Of a stretch of 64,000 nt of DNA, positions 30,572 through 43,996 are shown in pieces. The stretch is taken from positions 38,750,001 to 38,814,000 of the forward strand of contig CM022670.1 in NCBI GenBank assembly GCA_012295275.1, in the 5' to 3' direction. This DNA is from Chrysomallon squamiferum. Taxonomy: Eukaryota > Animalia > Mollusca. Position numbers and translations under genes: made by a program. The notes under the pieces were generated by a model. That model had not been told where the DNA came from. It saw only the letters and a program-made list of their open reading frames with translations, and did no database searches. Within the stretch, counting starts at the first letter, position 1. Each line of letters begins with the position of its first letter.

Positions 30572-30975
30572 TTATTTTTCATTTTTTCTACTTTTTCCAT
30601 AAATTTTTTTTTTTTTTTTTTTTTTAATTTTTTTCTTTTAATGTTTTTTGTTTGTTGCTGGGGGGTTTTGTGGGGGTGTTTAGGTGGTTTTCCACTGGTG
30701 TGTTGTTGTTTTTTTGTGTTTTTTTCAACTGTATTTATATATATTGTTTTTTAAACCTACAGTTTTCTTTTTGGTCAGACATCCATTACTTGATCCCTTC
30801 TGTGCGAACCTCGTTTCCATCAAGAATTCATGACAAGGAAATTGGCAACAGCAGTTTTAATCGGAATACAAACTTTCATTTGACACGGACTGAATTAACA
30901 ATAAGCTTAACTCTTTGACAAACTGTCAGACATTTCTTCACTGGTTTTTTTTTTTTTTTTTTTTTTAAATCGGAA

Positions 30976-31416
30976 ATGATGTTTGTAGCGAATTATAGCA
31001 ACGATGAGATAAACTCTGTGGATAACGCCACGATGTTAGGAAATGCCGCGATTGACTCAACCGGAAGTTTCAATTGTTCATCTCAGATCGAGGCCAGTGC
31101 TGAGAAGACGAAATATGACGAGCATCAGTTGAACGCTTTCTGGTACATTATAATCGTTTTATCTTTCTACTCCATCAGTATGGTTCTCTTGATGATAAAA
31201 TATATAAAACGCGAAGAGGAAGAAGTGTTTCTTGACCAGTATTACGCCGAGTTTGTAAAACGAGAACAATTTCAGAGCGCCACGATCAAAAACAAACTCG
31301 CTCTCCAAAGAGACAGACACAACATCAGGAAAGCTTTGCGAGTTTTAGAAAGACAGAATGCTGTGGATGTCATTTTGGAGTGTTCGGATAATACTGCTGA
31401 AGCGACAATAATCTGA
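30976..31416 (+). CDS. KCNE/MinK-like single-pass membrane protein 2 (146 aa), intronless CDS
   Basis: Three N-terminal sequons (NYS, NAT, NCS), no signal peptide, one TM segment AFWYIIIVLSFYSISMVLLMIKYIK that aligns without gaps to KCNE4 [25 protein letters not shown] (recalled). Charged cytoplasmic tail; C-terminus ATII. Confidence 0.8.
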   Translation: MMFVANYSNDEINSVDNATMLGNAAIDSTGSFNCSSQIEASAEKTKYDEHQLNAFWYIIIVLSFYSISMVLLMIKYIKREEEEVFLDQYYAEFVKREQFQSATIKNKLALQRDRHNIRKALRVLERQNAVDVILECSDNTAEATII

Positions 31417-31511
31417 AATCAGAACTGGTCTCTATGTTTGTTGTGATTTCTAAAACAGTGTCGTTTTGTTTTTGTTGTTGTTTATTTTTTCTTTTATTTT
31501 TTCACTTTTAT

Positions 31512-31580
31512 GCGGTCGTTAAACACTGATGTGTCCATGCCGTTTGAAAATTAATCTGTGTACTGAAATAAATTATTATT
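31512..31580 (+). repeat. Dispersed repeat fragment (SINE-tail-like), copy 2
   Basis: gcggtcgttaaacactgatgtg...aaaattaatctgtgtactgaaataaattattatt, a direct repeat of 30471-30530. Confidence 0.55.
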
Positions 31581-31700
31581 ATTATTATTATTATTTATTT
31601 TTTTATTATTATTATTATTTTTTATTATTTGTTTGTCCTTTTTTTTTTTTTTTTTTTTTTTTAATCTTATGTTTTTTTTTTGTAAACAGACATGCACACA

Positions 31701-31738
<38 letters not shown>

Positions 31739-31824
31739 TGTTGATGACGTTCTGTATAATGACCATAGTGAAGATAAACTATCATTTGAACTTTCTGTGA
31801 CGACCCTCATACAGTCTTTTTTCG

Positions 31825-31899
31825 GAAACATTTTACAAAGAGTATAAAATCTAACATTTGCATGCAGTGTTTGGTTTTATACTCTTTGCAAAATGTTTC
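31825..31899. repeat. Near-perfect inverted repeat / hairpin (~32-bp arms)
   Basis: gaaacattttacaaagagtataaaatctaaca pairs with tgtttggttttatactctttgcaaaatgtttc. Confidence 0.85.
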
Positions 31900-33487
31900 A
31901 GCCATAAAATTCTTAACTTTAAATAACAAATACATCTTGAGTAAAAAATATTTTAAAAAAATAAATAAAAAAATAAATCTTAAAATATATTCTTAAAAAA
32001 ATATGTAACAATTATGCAGTTTATTTATATTTCCAAAACCCTTTTTTTTTTTCTTCTTACCTGTTCCACATTTTGTTTTGTGTGAATCTTACTACAGATT
32101 TGCGATAACTAATTGTATTTCACACAAATGGAATTACCCGTGTTCACGTAACAGAAAAGCTTTGATGTCACAGTTACTCAACTAAATACTTACGTTCGCG
32201 GTTTACTTCCTCTGGCATGACGTTCTTTTGTTATTTCAACGTTACGCTTTCGTTCTTGTCATTGCTATTGTTCACTATAAGCACTGCGTAGTTGGGGGGA
32301 AAAAACAAAAAGAAAAGAATACATTTTTCCTATTGTTTTCTTATGCATTAATAAGTGATTAATTTTCTTCTGTTGTTCTTTCATTTGTTTTACTGTCTAC
32401 GTTGCTGCTACTACTGTTGCTTTCATTAATTATTAATACTACTGCTGCTAATGCTATTACTGCCACTAACACTGCCGTTACTACTACTGCAACTACTATT
32501 GCTACTTCTGTCACGACGTCGTTATTATTATTACATAATTTTTTCTCTTCTCGTTTAAACACTAGCGTGTCCATAGAAAACGTATACTGATGTAACTATT
32601 ACATATGTTAATTCATGTACTGTAAGTTGTTGATGGCTGTATTTTCTTTCTTTCTTTTCTTCTTCTTTTATTTTTTCTATTTTCTTTTTGTTGTTGTTGT
32701 TATTTGTTTTTTGGGTGTATTTTTTAAAATTAAAAACTTTTTTTTCTTAATTCTTAGACTTAAATGTATCAGAAAATCGCGTACTTATCTAAAAAGATCA
32801 ACCTGACAAGCAAAAAAAGGAAAATCAACCGAAAAGCCATATATCATATAGTTACGTCAAAAATTATTTGTTTTACTCTCACCATTAGCATATACTTGTT
32901 ATTCGTGAACTGTACGCACTCACTAATACAAACTGATTAGTTTGCAGGTTATTCACATAATAATTACATACATCATTAAGCAAGTCTGTAACAAACAGAA
33001 ATATTTATTAGCTTCTTTTGTTTAGGGCAATTAATTGTATATATAGCTTAATGAACAAAGAGACCAAAAACGTTTATGCTAGACTGAATAACATGTAATT
33101 GTGGTAGCATTCAAAATATATTTTTCAAGTTCTTTTTTCTTTTTTTCATTTTTGTATTATTAATCTTATATATATATATTTATTTATTTATTTATTTTAT
33201 TTTAAACTGATATGTTTAAAGAAATTAATTCATTTTCCTTCAAAACCAAAACATGTATTAAATTTTTTTTCCCCTTTCTTTTACTATTTATTTTCTTTTC
33301 TTTTCTTTTTTTATTATTTAATTAAGAACAAAAATTATTGGCAGTTTCTGAAGATCAAAGTGACTTCTCGAAGTTCTAAAATATTTATATGATACACGTG
33401 ACGCCTTATGAAGCATGCGAAATGAAAAATAAATAAAACCTGTTCATTGTAACAACTGAATTTTCTTTCTTTGTGACCCTTCATTTT

Positions 33488-33525
<38 letters not shown>

Positions 33526-33613
33526 TTATTATTATTATTATTGTTATTATTATTATTATTATGACTATGGCTATAATTGTGGCTATGGCTATGGCTATGG
33601 CTATGGCTATGGC

Positions 33614-33662
<49 letters not shown>

Positions 33663-34233
33663 TTACTTTATTTTTCACCGGAAAGCGGATATAGTTGGTA
33701 AGCACGCTTAAGACAAGCCATTTAAAAAAAAAAAATACAGGTGGGTTGTTCTTAATCTACCTCTACTCAAAAAAATATATATTTTTCACATATTTTAACA
33801 ATTCACATTATCAGTTTCTATCTGGGTAAAAGCACGTTTATATTTATTACCCCTGTGAATAAGCTATAAACAAGATTCAAAGCAATAAAAAAGCCCATTT
33901 TTACTTTAGTAAATTTACCTTACTATTACATAAAATACATCAGCTTTATTGGACCCCACACCTTGGCGTTGTTAGTCAAATTTCTTTAACAACACACAAG
34001 ACAACAGCGAGTATCTGAGCACACAGTTAATCCTCAGGCAGCGCGTTATCCTCAGTTTTAACCTCGCCTAGCACGGGGAATTAGAAGTTATTGTTTGAAA
34101 AGGGTATTAGGCAATAATCAATAGCGAGGAGCAATTGTCACCTGTTAACAACCGGCTTTCCGCTTAACAAAGTCAATGGACAAGAAAGAGTTTTCATTGT
34201 TCAGCGGACTCCCAGGCGCAGAAGTTCGAGAAC

Positions 34234-36829
34234 ATGCACAGACGACACACATTCGACATGTCTCGACCGAAAAATGAAGTCCATTTTGAAGACAGCTTAT
34301 CGAGTGGACGAACTAGTCCCGATAGCGCTACTGGCAGCGACAAGAATCGATCTGATGAATCAAGGTATTAATTATTATTTATTATTTTGTGATCCAGTTT
34401 AAAACAACTTCGAACTAAAATATGTTAAAAAAAATGACTTTTATTTCCCCGTGAACTGAAATCGTAATGGTGATGAATGCATTAAAGTTTGTTCTCATGT
34501 TGTAAATTTCCTTTTGAACTATTATATATTATCTGAAAATGTGTAGGCCTATGTATATGGTAAATAAAAAGTTAACCCTTCTATGGAAATCGAAAACGCA
34601 CATCTTTTAATAATCAAGGGTTAAGATATTTAAATGTGTAATCAAAGCATTCGAGGTACGGGTCGATCTGCATTTAGTATAATTGGTGGTTTTCAGAATC
34701 AAAATTTTAGGTCAGGTGTATAATTTTATTTCCTTCAAAATGTTAGTTTATAAAATGTTTTATGACGTTCAAGTATTGCAAAGCATAAATATAGCCACAG
34801 ATGATTCTAAAAGTAGTAGCTACAATGTGATCAATTTTTAAATAGGTTAGATAATGGGTAAACGTTACAGATGTACGCGGTTATACAAGTAATTACGAAT
34901 AGCTCGTTTTAATTATGAATGTAGAACGCGCAAAATCCACTGAGATGTGAATGTTTATAAACATTCCTGCAAACAAGTGGTTAAAAAGGCTTTTGTAATA
35001 TCCAATGGTAATTCAACTGTAGTTATATTTTTATTTTTATCAAATGACAAACAAAAGACTTTCTACTTGACCAGACTTAATATGCTTTATGGTCTTAGAT
35101 CTTAAATAAATTATTGCCGACTGAATTTCTACTATTGTTTAGCTTGCAGTCCAAACTTGTTTTATAATTATTGCCCCGGTCACACTTCATGGGGTGATTA
35201 CCATTGTGATCTGTTAAGCTGGGTTACTTTAACCTCGGTTATGTTACTATATACTGTTATATAACAATATAGTTCATTTTACTTTTGCGATAATAATTTC
35301 ATATACATTTCAATAAATGTTAGAAATTAACAGTGTGTTGTTTTTGTAATCTACCATTAAATCAAAATGTCTACACCTAATGCAGTAATTTGTTTAAACG
35401 TAGATACTGTTCAATCCTTATTATAATCCCAAAATATAAAAATTCATTTTGAAAATTTATGAACTGTCAGAATAATGAGAAGAAAAAAATGAAGATATTA
35501 ATATTATAGGTTCGTAACAAAAAGCTAAACCCTCATTAGATCGAAAAGAAAAAAAATAGATTTTTATTTTCTAAACAAGATCTGGTACATGTTTCTGTAC
35601 GGAAAACATTTTCGTAGTCATTTAAAAGTAATAAGGAAAGTTTGTGTGTTTGGTACGAATGTTTTATGACAGTATTTCATTATTCTTAGCGAGAATTAGC
35701 CCAGTTTTTAAAATGTCGGGACTGGTTCGGGTGTTAATCTTCCCCAATCGAGTTATCTCCCTTCCTACGATTAGACGTCTGTTGACCATAACTGACCATC
35801 CTCTTTCGTTACATAGATAAATATTCGTTGCTCAAACTCGTAAACATGAAAAATGTTTTAACTATCAAAACTTACAAACTCAGGCTTTTGGAAACTTGAT
35901 AATAATTATAATAAATATAATTGTTTCAGAGACAGCAGTAACAATGGTGATATAACTCCTAGAGGGATTCTCAAACCAGGTGGCAGTTCAGATGACGGTA
36001 GTTCGTAAGTACTTAATTTATATATATACACTAACTTATAAAACTGTAATTTTATATATTTTTTATTATTACTATTATTGCTACAGAAAGTGACTTGCAA
36101 TACTTTACACTTTTTTATATACCAATCTAAATAAGCATGATTAGAGATTATCTTTTGTCATCTCGTTCAAAATTATTTAATTTTTAAATTTTTTTTTTTC
36201 CCCTTACATTTCAATAACTGTTATTCATTTACCTATTTATTTTGCTATTGTGACTGTTGTTGTTGATATTTTATTACTGATTAACTCGTTTTAACCTAAG
36301 CTGACGGTAAATTATTTTCTGCAGAACTCGTCAGGTTGAATTTGACACGGACGTGTTGGGCGGGTTCCCCAAATCGTTTCTTCCCGGCCTGCACGACTGG
36401 ACGAGCTGGCGAACGAGCATCAACGACGCCATGATCGACCTGATGGAAGAGCGCCGCCGCATCTTCAGCTACCCGGGATCCATCCGCCATCTGAGGAAAC
36501 ACAAAATTTACAAGAACCTCACCGAACCCAGCTTCGCCGTTCCTAACGTCATTTCCAACTTCGCTCTCGAGCGAGCGGTTCACGACTACATCCACGGCGA
36601 CGAAGGACTCAATCTGGAAGCGCCGGCGTTTGTCAGTTTCGGAATTCCGAGAGTCAAGCTGCGCACCAACATGACGTACACGAGTCCCACGAAGAAAACC
36701 GGTTCCTGTGCGGACTCGTCAAACCGGTTTTCAACACGATTCTGCGAGTCTGAGCTGCAGGGATCCAAACTCAATGCTCGATATTACAACGGAATTCCCG
36801 ACGACCGAAGGACCAGACCATCGTTATAG
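34234..36829 (+). CDS. Uncharacterised 236-aa protein with GILK and RVxF (RQVEF) PP1-docking motifs. Exons 34234-34364, 35930-36004, 36325-36829
   Basis: Two phase-2 introns with canonical sites (caag|gtatta, tttcag|, tc|gtaagt, ctgcag|) give one open frame: MHRRHTFDMSRPKNEVHF...ITPRGILKPGGSSDDGSSTRQVEFDTDVLGGFPKSFLPG...RRTRPSL. The last exon has coding-like GC content. AATAAA near 37093 and 37178. The start could be 34258. Confidence 0.75.
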
Positions 36830-38493
36830 CTGCTTCTATTCACTCCGAAGCAGAAAACTGCAAGCCTGGAATAGAAACGCTATATGCTACGATGGATTTC
36901 TTTGACGACGATGATGAATATCTGGCATAAGGATTTTTTACATTTTGAAAATCTTTGTACGGAAATAATCCCTAACTGTAGTGTAAAAAAAAAAACATTT
37001 AACATTTTTGGTGCTATAAACCCAATTGTGAATCCTACAATTCTGATTGCAGAACGGAACGAATAACCCGATATTAGACTGTCAATTGTACGAATAAAAT
37101 TACTGACCTAATTGTATATTATAAATATTTTTTGTACTGAAAAAAAAAGAAAATGAAATGAAATTTCTATAGTTTAATAATAAAAAAAATGTTTTGGTAT
37201 TTTTGTTTTGTTATGATTTTATTTTTTCTAATTAAAGAAACTCGGCGAATGAAAGGAAGGGCAATAATCGATCCTTACTTGTTCAAAGTTGTATAAATCT
37301 CAAACGCTTCCTCTCACTAAATGGAACCAAATATTAGTGTTGACAACGAGGTTGCATACATTAAAATAATTATTTTTGAAAACATACTCAATAATTATTA
37401 ATTAAGAAAAGGCACTAAATTAACTATGATAATCACAGAAATATATATTATTTTACCATGTTAACTTGCCGATATCGTTTTAAGCCTTCGAAACTTACAC
37501 GAACGGTTCAGATTGTACCCGTACTATGTGTAAGAACATCTTGTATAATACCATATTAAATGGACTTATTAAATCTGCCACTTCGCTTAATACACTGTAA
37601 TATTATGGATTTTTTTTTCTGCAACAGGTTTTGCGAATTTTGTTTAATACATTGTAAAAATATGGATTTTTCTGTAACAGATGTGAGCGTCAAAATCTTC
37701 GTACAAAAGCAACTATATTAAGTTCCATTAACATCGTGCAAAATTCAGCCTGTTGCGATTCAAAACGAACTATCGACGCAAACAAAGGGAGGCAATTTGT
37801 CTTTTTAATTGAGAATTGTGAAGGGATATAATTCAATTCAATTGTAAACTAGTTTTCTTGCCTGTAGTTATCTTCTGCAATTCAGTACAATACACGTTCA
37901 AAAATTGATTATAAATACGACTACAGTAAACTGTTTTAGAAAATGTAAGACATGGGTTATTTGTTTTTCAATGGATTCACAACTTTTTTTTTTAATAATT
38001 TGTAATCAAACTACACTTGCATTCACAGAATACTTGTGTGAATTGTTTTATTTGTAAACAGTTCATCATTTTCAGCAGAAATATTTCCACATCATATTTA
38101 TTTTTACACAATTTACATTCTTCAGATAGAGAATAAGGTCAGTCCTTTTAAATATAACATTCGTGCTATTCTGATAATCTGAGCAATGTGCTGATGCTTT
38201 ACAATAAAATATTCGTTAATTTGGTATCAATGAATGGTTAGCTTTGTACGTGGAATTCAAAGCAATGAACAGTGTAATAGAATTTAATAAAATGTGCCTT
38301 TATTTTTGGTAACATGTAACTAGGTATAAAATAATAACTTTACAGTTCAGAATTGTTTACACTCAAAACGGTGTTTGAATAATTTTTCTTCTTTTTGTCT
38401 GGTAACATTATATTAAAGCTGTTTAACATGTAACATCTATCAAATCAAAAACAAGTATTCTTTAAAAACTGTATTAAAATTTTATTGATTAAT

Positions 38494-39593
38494 TTACACA
38501 TTCTTTTTCCTTTTTTTATTAGTCAGTTTTCTTTTTTTCACTTTTTCTTCAGTTTCTGGAAAAAAAAAAATATAAATAAATAAATCAGAAAAATCAATGG
38601 TCAGTAAATTTGTTGTAAAACTTGAACCGTATATTCATATTATCCAAAAGTAACCCTGTTTTATCAATGTAAAAATAAAAATAAAAAATAAAAAAATTTT
38701 AATAGGAAAAAAGGTTCTTCATAAAAATATAAAACTGGACGGAACAGAGATAAAATCATGTAAAATTAATGTAGCAATAAAATGAATGATTAAAAACCAC
38801 AAGCTGTGTAGTGTAAAAACATGAAATCAATAAATGTATTATGTAACATGTAGGAGTACACACCAGGTCATGAAATACAAGGTATTGATTATTTATGTCA
38901 GTTTGTTAAATAATACAAATGCAGTAAAAATATGATTTATTACATCCCAGTTACATTTCAAAGGTTAAAATGCATGAAAATTCTAAGTACATACATTTAA
39001 AATCATGGAGTTTGTTAAATTTTGCTATTTTGACTTTGACAACAATGATGATATTTTTCTAAATCATGTTTTTAGACTGGGTCAATAATTAAGTGTAACA
39101 GTGACAATATCAGATAGGACCTTTCAGCATTAATTTCTCAAAATCTGTGTGTAGCTGTGGATTCAGTAGTTAGAAGAAAATCCTATGGCTATCAAACAAT
39201 CCCATAACAGATAACAGATAATACACACATTGAAAATGGCTTCATAAATTCAATCTACAGTACCTGCAGTTTCGTTTAGGAGTCTTTTTTGCTTTTTGTG
39301 GTCTGTTCTTCTTTTATCTGATCGAATCGTTTTCTTGTTTTTCTTCTCTTTATTAACACTCTGTGTTTTCTCAGTGTCTGAGTTGTCTGATGTGTCACTG
39401 GGTGTGTCTGTGTTGCTTTCTGCCGAGTCACTTGTGTCCAGTTTAATGTCATCTGTACTGCTGTCTGTCTTGGTCTTGGGTTGTTTTTCTGAAGCAGGAC
39501 ACTGAGTCACGGCCACACAGGTTAAACGAAACTTAGTGTCCAGTTTCGTCAACAGCTTCAGTTCAACAGTGGTCTAAGTAAGTAAGTAAGTAA

Positions 39594-39648
<55 letters not shown>

Positions 39649-41247
39649 ATTAAATTAAAAAAATTAAAGATTAAGTAAATCACTAATTAACGTAAATTTT
39701 AAAAAGTTTTATGTATGTATCATTAAAAGCAGTAATATAAATGTGTAAAGTAATATCACTGTTGTGAAGGTTTTAATTATTTTCTTAATTTTTTTTTTTT
39801 TTAAATATGAAAGATTAATCAGATGCTTTTTAATTAAAGATGTAATATAAGTCTGTATTACTGTATCATCTTTACATGACTTTAACAGTTTCCAAAATTC
39901 AAAATAAATCTGAAATATTTGACAAGAAGAATTGGGGTTTTTTTTGTTTTTTTTAACATTCAACTAAAATTAAAATGACAAAAGATGACTATTTAGGGAT
40001 TTGTGACAGGAATAAATTTGTAATTTCTTTATTGTTGTTTTATGAAAACTTTTATTAGTTATCTAAATAAAAAAAACTTGTACCTGTGATATTTTCAGTT
40101 CATACACATTAATTACACCATCACTTGATGCAGTTGTCACCCAGTGGCTGTCATCATCATCATCATCAAAAGACTTGGATACAGAAATACCACGAATCCT
40201 AAATAAACATTTTCTGTAAGTTAATATTCTAAAGAAAGCCAATATGAATTAATTAAAAAAATAATAATCAAAAAAAAAAAAAAAAAAATGTGATAGTTTT
40301 TTCAAAAACTTCTCCCCCACACCACAAACAGTGAAAAAAAAAAAAACAGTAATAAAAAAATATATAAGAATACATATATAAAAACAGCAAAAATAATAAA
40401 TTCTATTAAAATTTTAAATAAAAACTATAAAGTTCATATGTGAAGCTGTTTTGTACAATTTTTATTACTTTCAAAAGAAATGTGCGTATACCATCTTTTT
40501 ACTACATTTTCTGTCTTTAACAGATGACAGAGCTCCATAAACAGCAGTAAAGTGTTTTAAAAACCCAACCTGTTTGTTCCAGTCTTCTCACGATGCAGCT
40601 GTTTCCCTGTCTTTATTTCACACACATGAAAATCACCACCTTCACCCCCATACACCAGATGACAAGTCTAAAAACAACAGTACTCATAACTTTATTTATG
40701 TAAAATTCATTCACAAAAAAAAAAGGACATGAATAAGTAGTTTTTTTAAATGAATGTATTACTGTATTTATCTGCATTAAAATTTGCTATCATCCATATT
40801 ATATTCATACTTATTCACAAATACACCATTTGAACATCTTTACATTTCACCATGAATACAGATGAACAAAAACTGCCCTGCCTGTTTAAAAAATGAATCT
40901 GAATATCACTGGAATATGCACTGAATACATCAAACAACCAGTTTGAGCCATTCAGTAAAGAAAAGGTTTTTATTCAATGTGTTTTAATGTTTTGTATTTA
41001 CCAGAAAAATTTACCTTCTCATCTAGAATATACTGATTATACATTTTAAGATGTTTAATTTTTACAAAAGTAATAAGTAAAATAGTTTTCTTAAACTGGG
41101 CATGATTTCTTACTTCATGCATTTAAAATGAAGAAGTCATCCACATAAAATACGGATGACAAAAATTAAAAAGATGGCATTAGGGACAACAGAGAGAGGA
41201 TTTCCTAACACAAAAAAATCACAATGAATATATATATTTAAAAAAAA

Positions 41248-41278
<31 letters not shown>

Positions 41279-43963
41279 AAAAAAAGAAAGAAAGGTGAGA
41301 ACATATCAAAAACAAAGAAAAACCAGATAGCTAACAAACAAAACATATAGTACAGCTTTCTTTTTTCAGTTTTCTGAACTGATTATTGACAAAACGTAAA
41401 CTTTAATTCATTTAGTTATTAAAATGAATGAATAAACTGAATAACATCCATGATCCAGCTGTTACCCAACAGATCTGGTAACCAACACAGTAGGTTAGAA
41501 CAAACAATCTGCCAGGTCTTATTCTCTGCACCGTATGTCACTCTGTGTCTATCGTAAACACAGCGCCGGCTTAATTAGTGCATTAACAACAATTTTTTAG
41601 CTGATATAGCTGTTTATTTTAAAAATTTTTTACAAAAATCATATGAAACAACCAAAATATGTCAATATTTTCTTGATTTTAAACGTTTCTGAAGTTTTAG
41701 TTTTTTGTATTCATGTTTTGACTTTACTCAAAATGATTAATCAACTAATAACAAAGTCCAGAAGAAATGAAAAAAAAAAACCTCATTAATTATTCGCTTT
41801 CAAGTTGCATCAACAGTTTCTTAGACAATATTGTCACTTTCAGGATAATGGGCATTTCCCAGGGGTGTGAATAAAAATAATCAATGTGCAATTTTTCATC
41901 TTTCACTCATTTGTGGAATGGCTGGAACAGAACAGGGGAATTTGGTAAGCAATGGCGTATATTGTCTTAGTTTGCAAAATGACTACAGCTGATAATTAAA
42001 CCAAGTATATTATGTTCTATTTAAACCACTCACAATACATTACTGATTATTATTATTATTATGTATTTTTAAGCCAAAACATATATAAATAAAAATATGA
42101 ATTTAAATAAATATAAAAGACAGTGAATACTGAGGAGAAATAAAAAATAGTGTCTGCATTATTCAGTGAGGCATTCATGATAGTCATTAATAAAAGCATG
42201 TGATGTTATTTTTAATCATTTATTCAATTATTTTCACTGCCATCAGTTATGAGCAAAATGTAGATTAAACAAATCATTGCTCTGGCTATAACTATAAGGC
42301 CACCATATTTCTTATAATTAACAACTTTATTCATTTAAATAACAGATCAGCAGGTTAAATTCTTCTTAAAATAATAATTTTAGACTGATTAATTGAACAA
42401 AGTAGTGTGTTAGCAAATATGAGTAAATTTAAAAAAAAAAAATATTCAAAATTTCAAATTAGGTAATAACATGTTATATATGTTTTTATGATCTCACATA
42501 ATGTAATACACATTGTGTAATAAACTGTCACAAAACAGATGTAATGACAGATTCATTGTCTGCTATTCTCACTGTCTGCTGTGTATTAGTCTATGCACCA
42601 TATGTCACTTTGTACCTATATAAAGTACAGTGCCAGCTTAATTAATGCAGTTTTCTTCTTCTTTTTATTTAATGATGAGCAGTAACTGATCATCAGAAAT
42701 TATATATACTGGGTTGAGGAATAAATCATTTCAGTTAAATTAAATTTAATCATTACATAGAAGAAAACTTAAGCTTAACTGATAACAAGATGTAATTTAA
42801 TCAATAATGTATTCTCTGTTGTTATTTACCACTTCTTCCCAACAATTATAATTAAGCCTAAGCTTTCTTCTATGTAATGATTAAATTTAATTTAACCACA
42901 ATGACTTATTCCTCAACCCAATATATAAATAAATCCAGTAGTACATATTCTGTGGACACTGAATAATAAATTTAAAACATTTGCATACTGTAACAGACCA
43001 GGTGTTTTGTATAGTAAGAGATGAGAAATCATTTTCATCAGAAATTGGCTGGTCTCGACTTTCAGCATCAAAGGATCTTTTCACATACAATGGCCAGTGA
43101 ATGACATACAACATTACAGATACAAACTTTAAATCAAAGAAGAATCATCCAACAACCCATTGTTATCAAAATACTGCATCAAAGACAATATCTGCTACTG
43201 CCAATTCCTTACATACATCTCAATGACAAATGAGAGTTGAGAAAAAGAGGGGGGAAAAAAGTCAATTTACTACAGAAAAATTCAATTCAAAGCAACTATA
43301 AATATGAAAGTTCTATACCATACACACTTCACAATGCCTGTCCTATTTCTTATTTTAAAAAATAAGATTTAAAATGCTAAAAATATTATGGTTCATACAG
43401 AAGACGAATCTGAAACAAAACTAAATATTTTATTGTGAATGTGCAACTGCTGAATATAAAACACAAATGTAAGTAAATAATTTAAACCATTTAAATAAAA
43501 TTCAGCTGTCAGACACTAACTTTTTAACTGCCACCAGGGATCACATTCTCTGTTTTTCTCTGAGCACTGTGTGTGTCACTCAGTAACTCAACTGAACTAC
43601 TGAATTAAAACACAGAGTGCAGCAATAATCTTAATTTTTAAATTTTAAAGAATACACGTCTATACACACTCACTCTCCTGGAAACATAAAATGTAATTTT
43701 GGTAAATGTAAGTAATCTAAACCAGATAGGTCTGAAATGTTTAATAGCAGAAGTCGTAATTAATTATTTTGTTGAAAATTTCAAAAGATTTGTTACTGTT
43801 TTCAATTTTATCACCCTTAATTTATACATGTCATACATAGTTCACTGACAGAATGGATTCTATAATTCACAGATTTTATCTATCCAGAACTTTTCAAATG
43901 TCATAAAATCATGTTATTAATAAAAACAAATGCAATTTTTTCTCTCTTTCTTTAATAAAAAAA

Positions 43964-43996
<33 letters not shown>

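Noticed and set aside
33473-33694. Gly/Tyr-rich ORF resembling a structural (shell/cuticle) protein
   Set aside because: A (TAC)n(TAT)n(GGCTAT)n microsatellite with no ATG or signal peptide.
34819-34831. Dsx/Dmrt consensus site GCTACAATGTGAT
   Set aside because: A single short AT-rich match is expected by chance in 64 kb.
39250-39263. PAK1IP1 ending at the ORF-track stop (GTVD*)
   Set aside because: A donor at 39263 and an in-phase Lys-rich terminal exon (38494-38555) give a better model; read-through remains a possible minor isoform.
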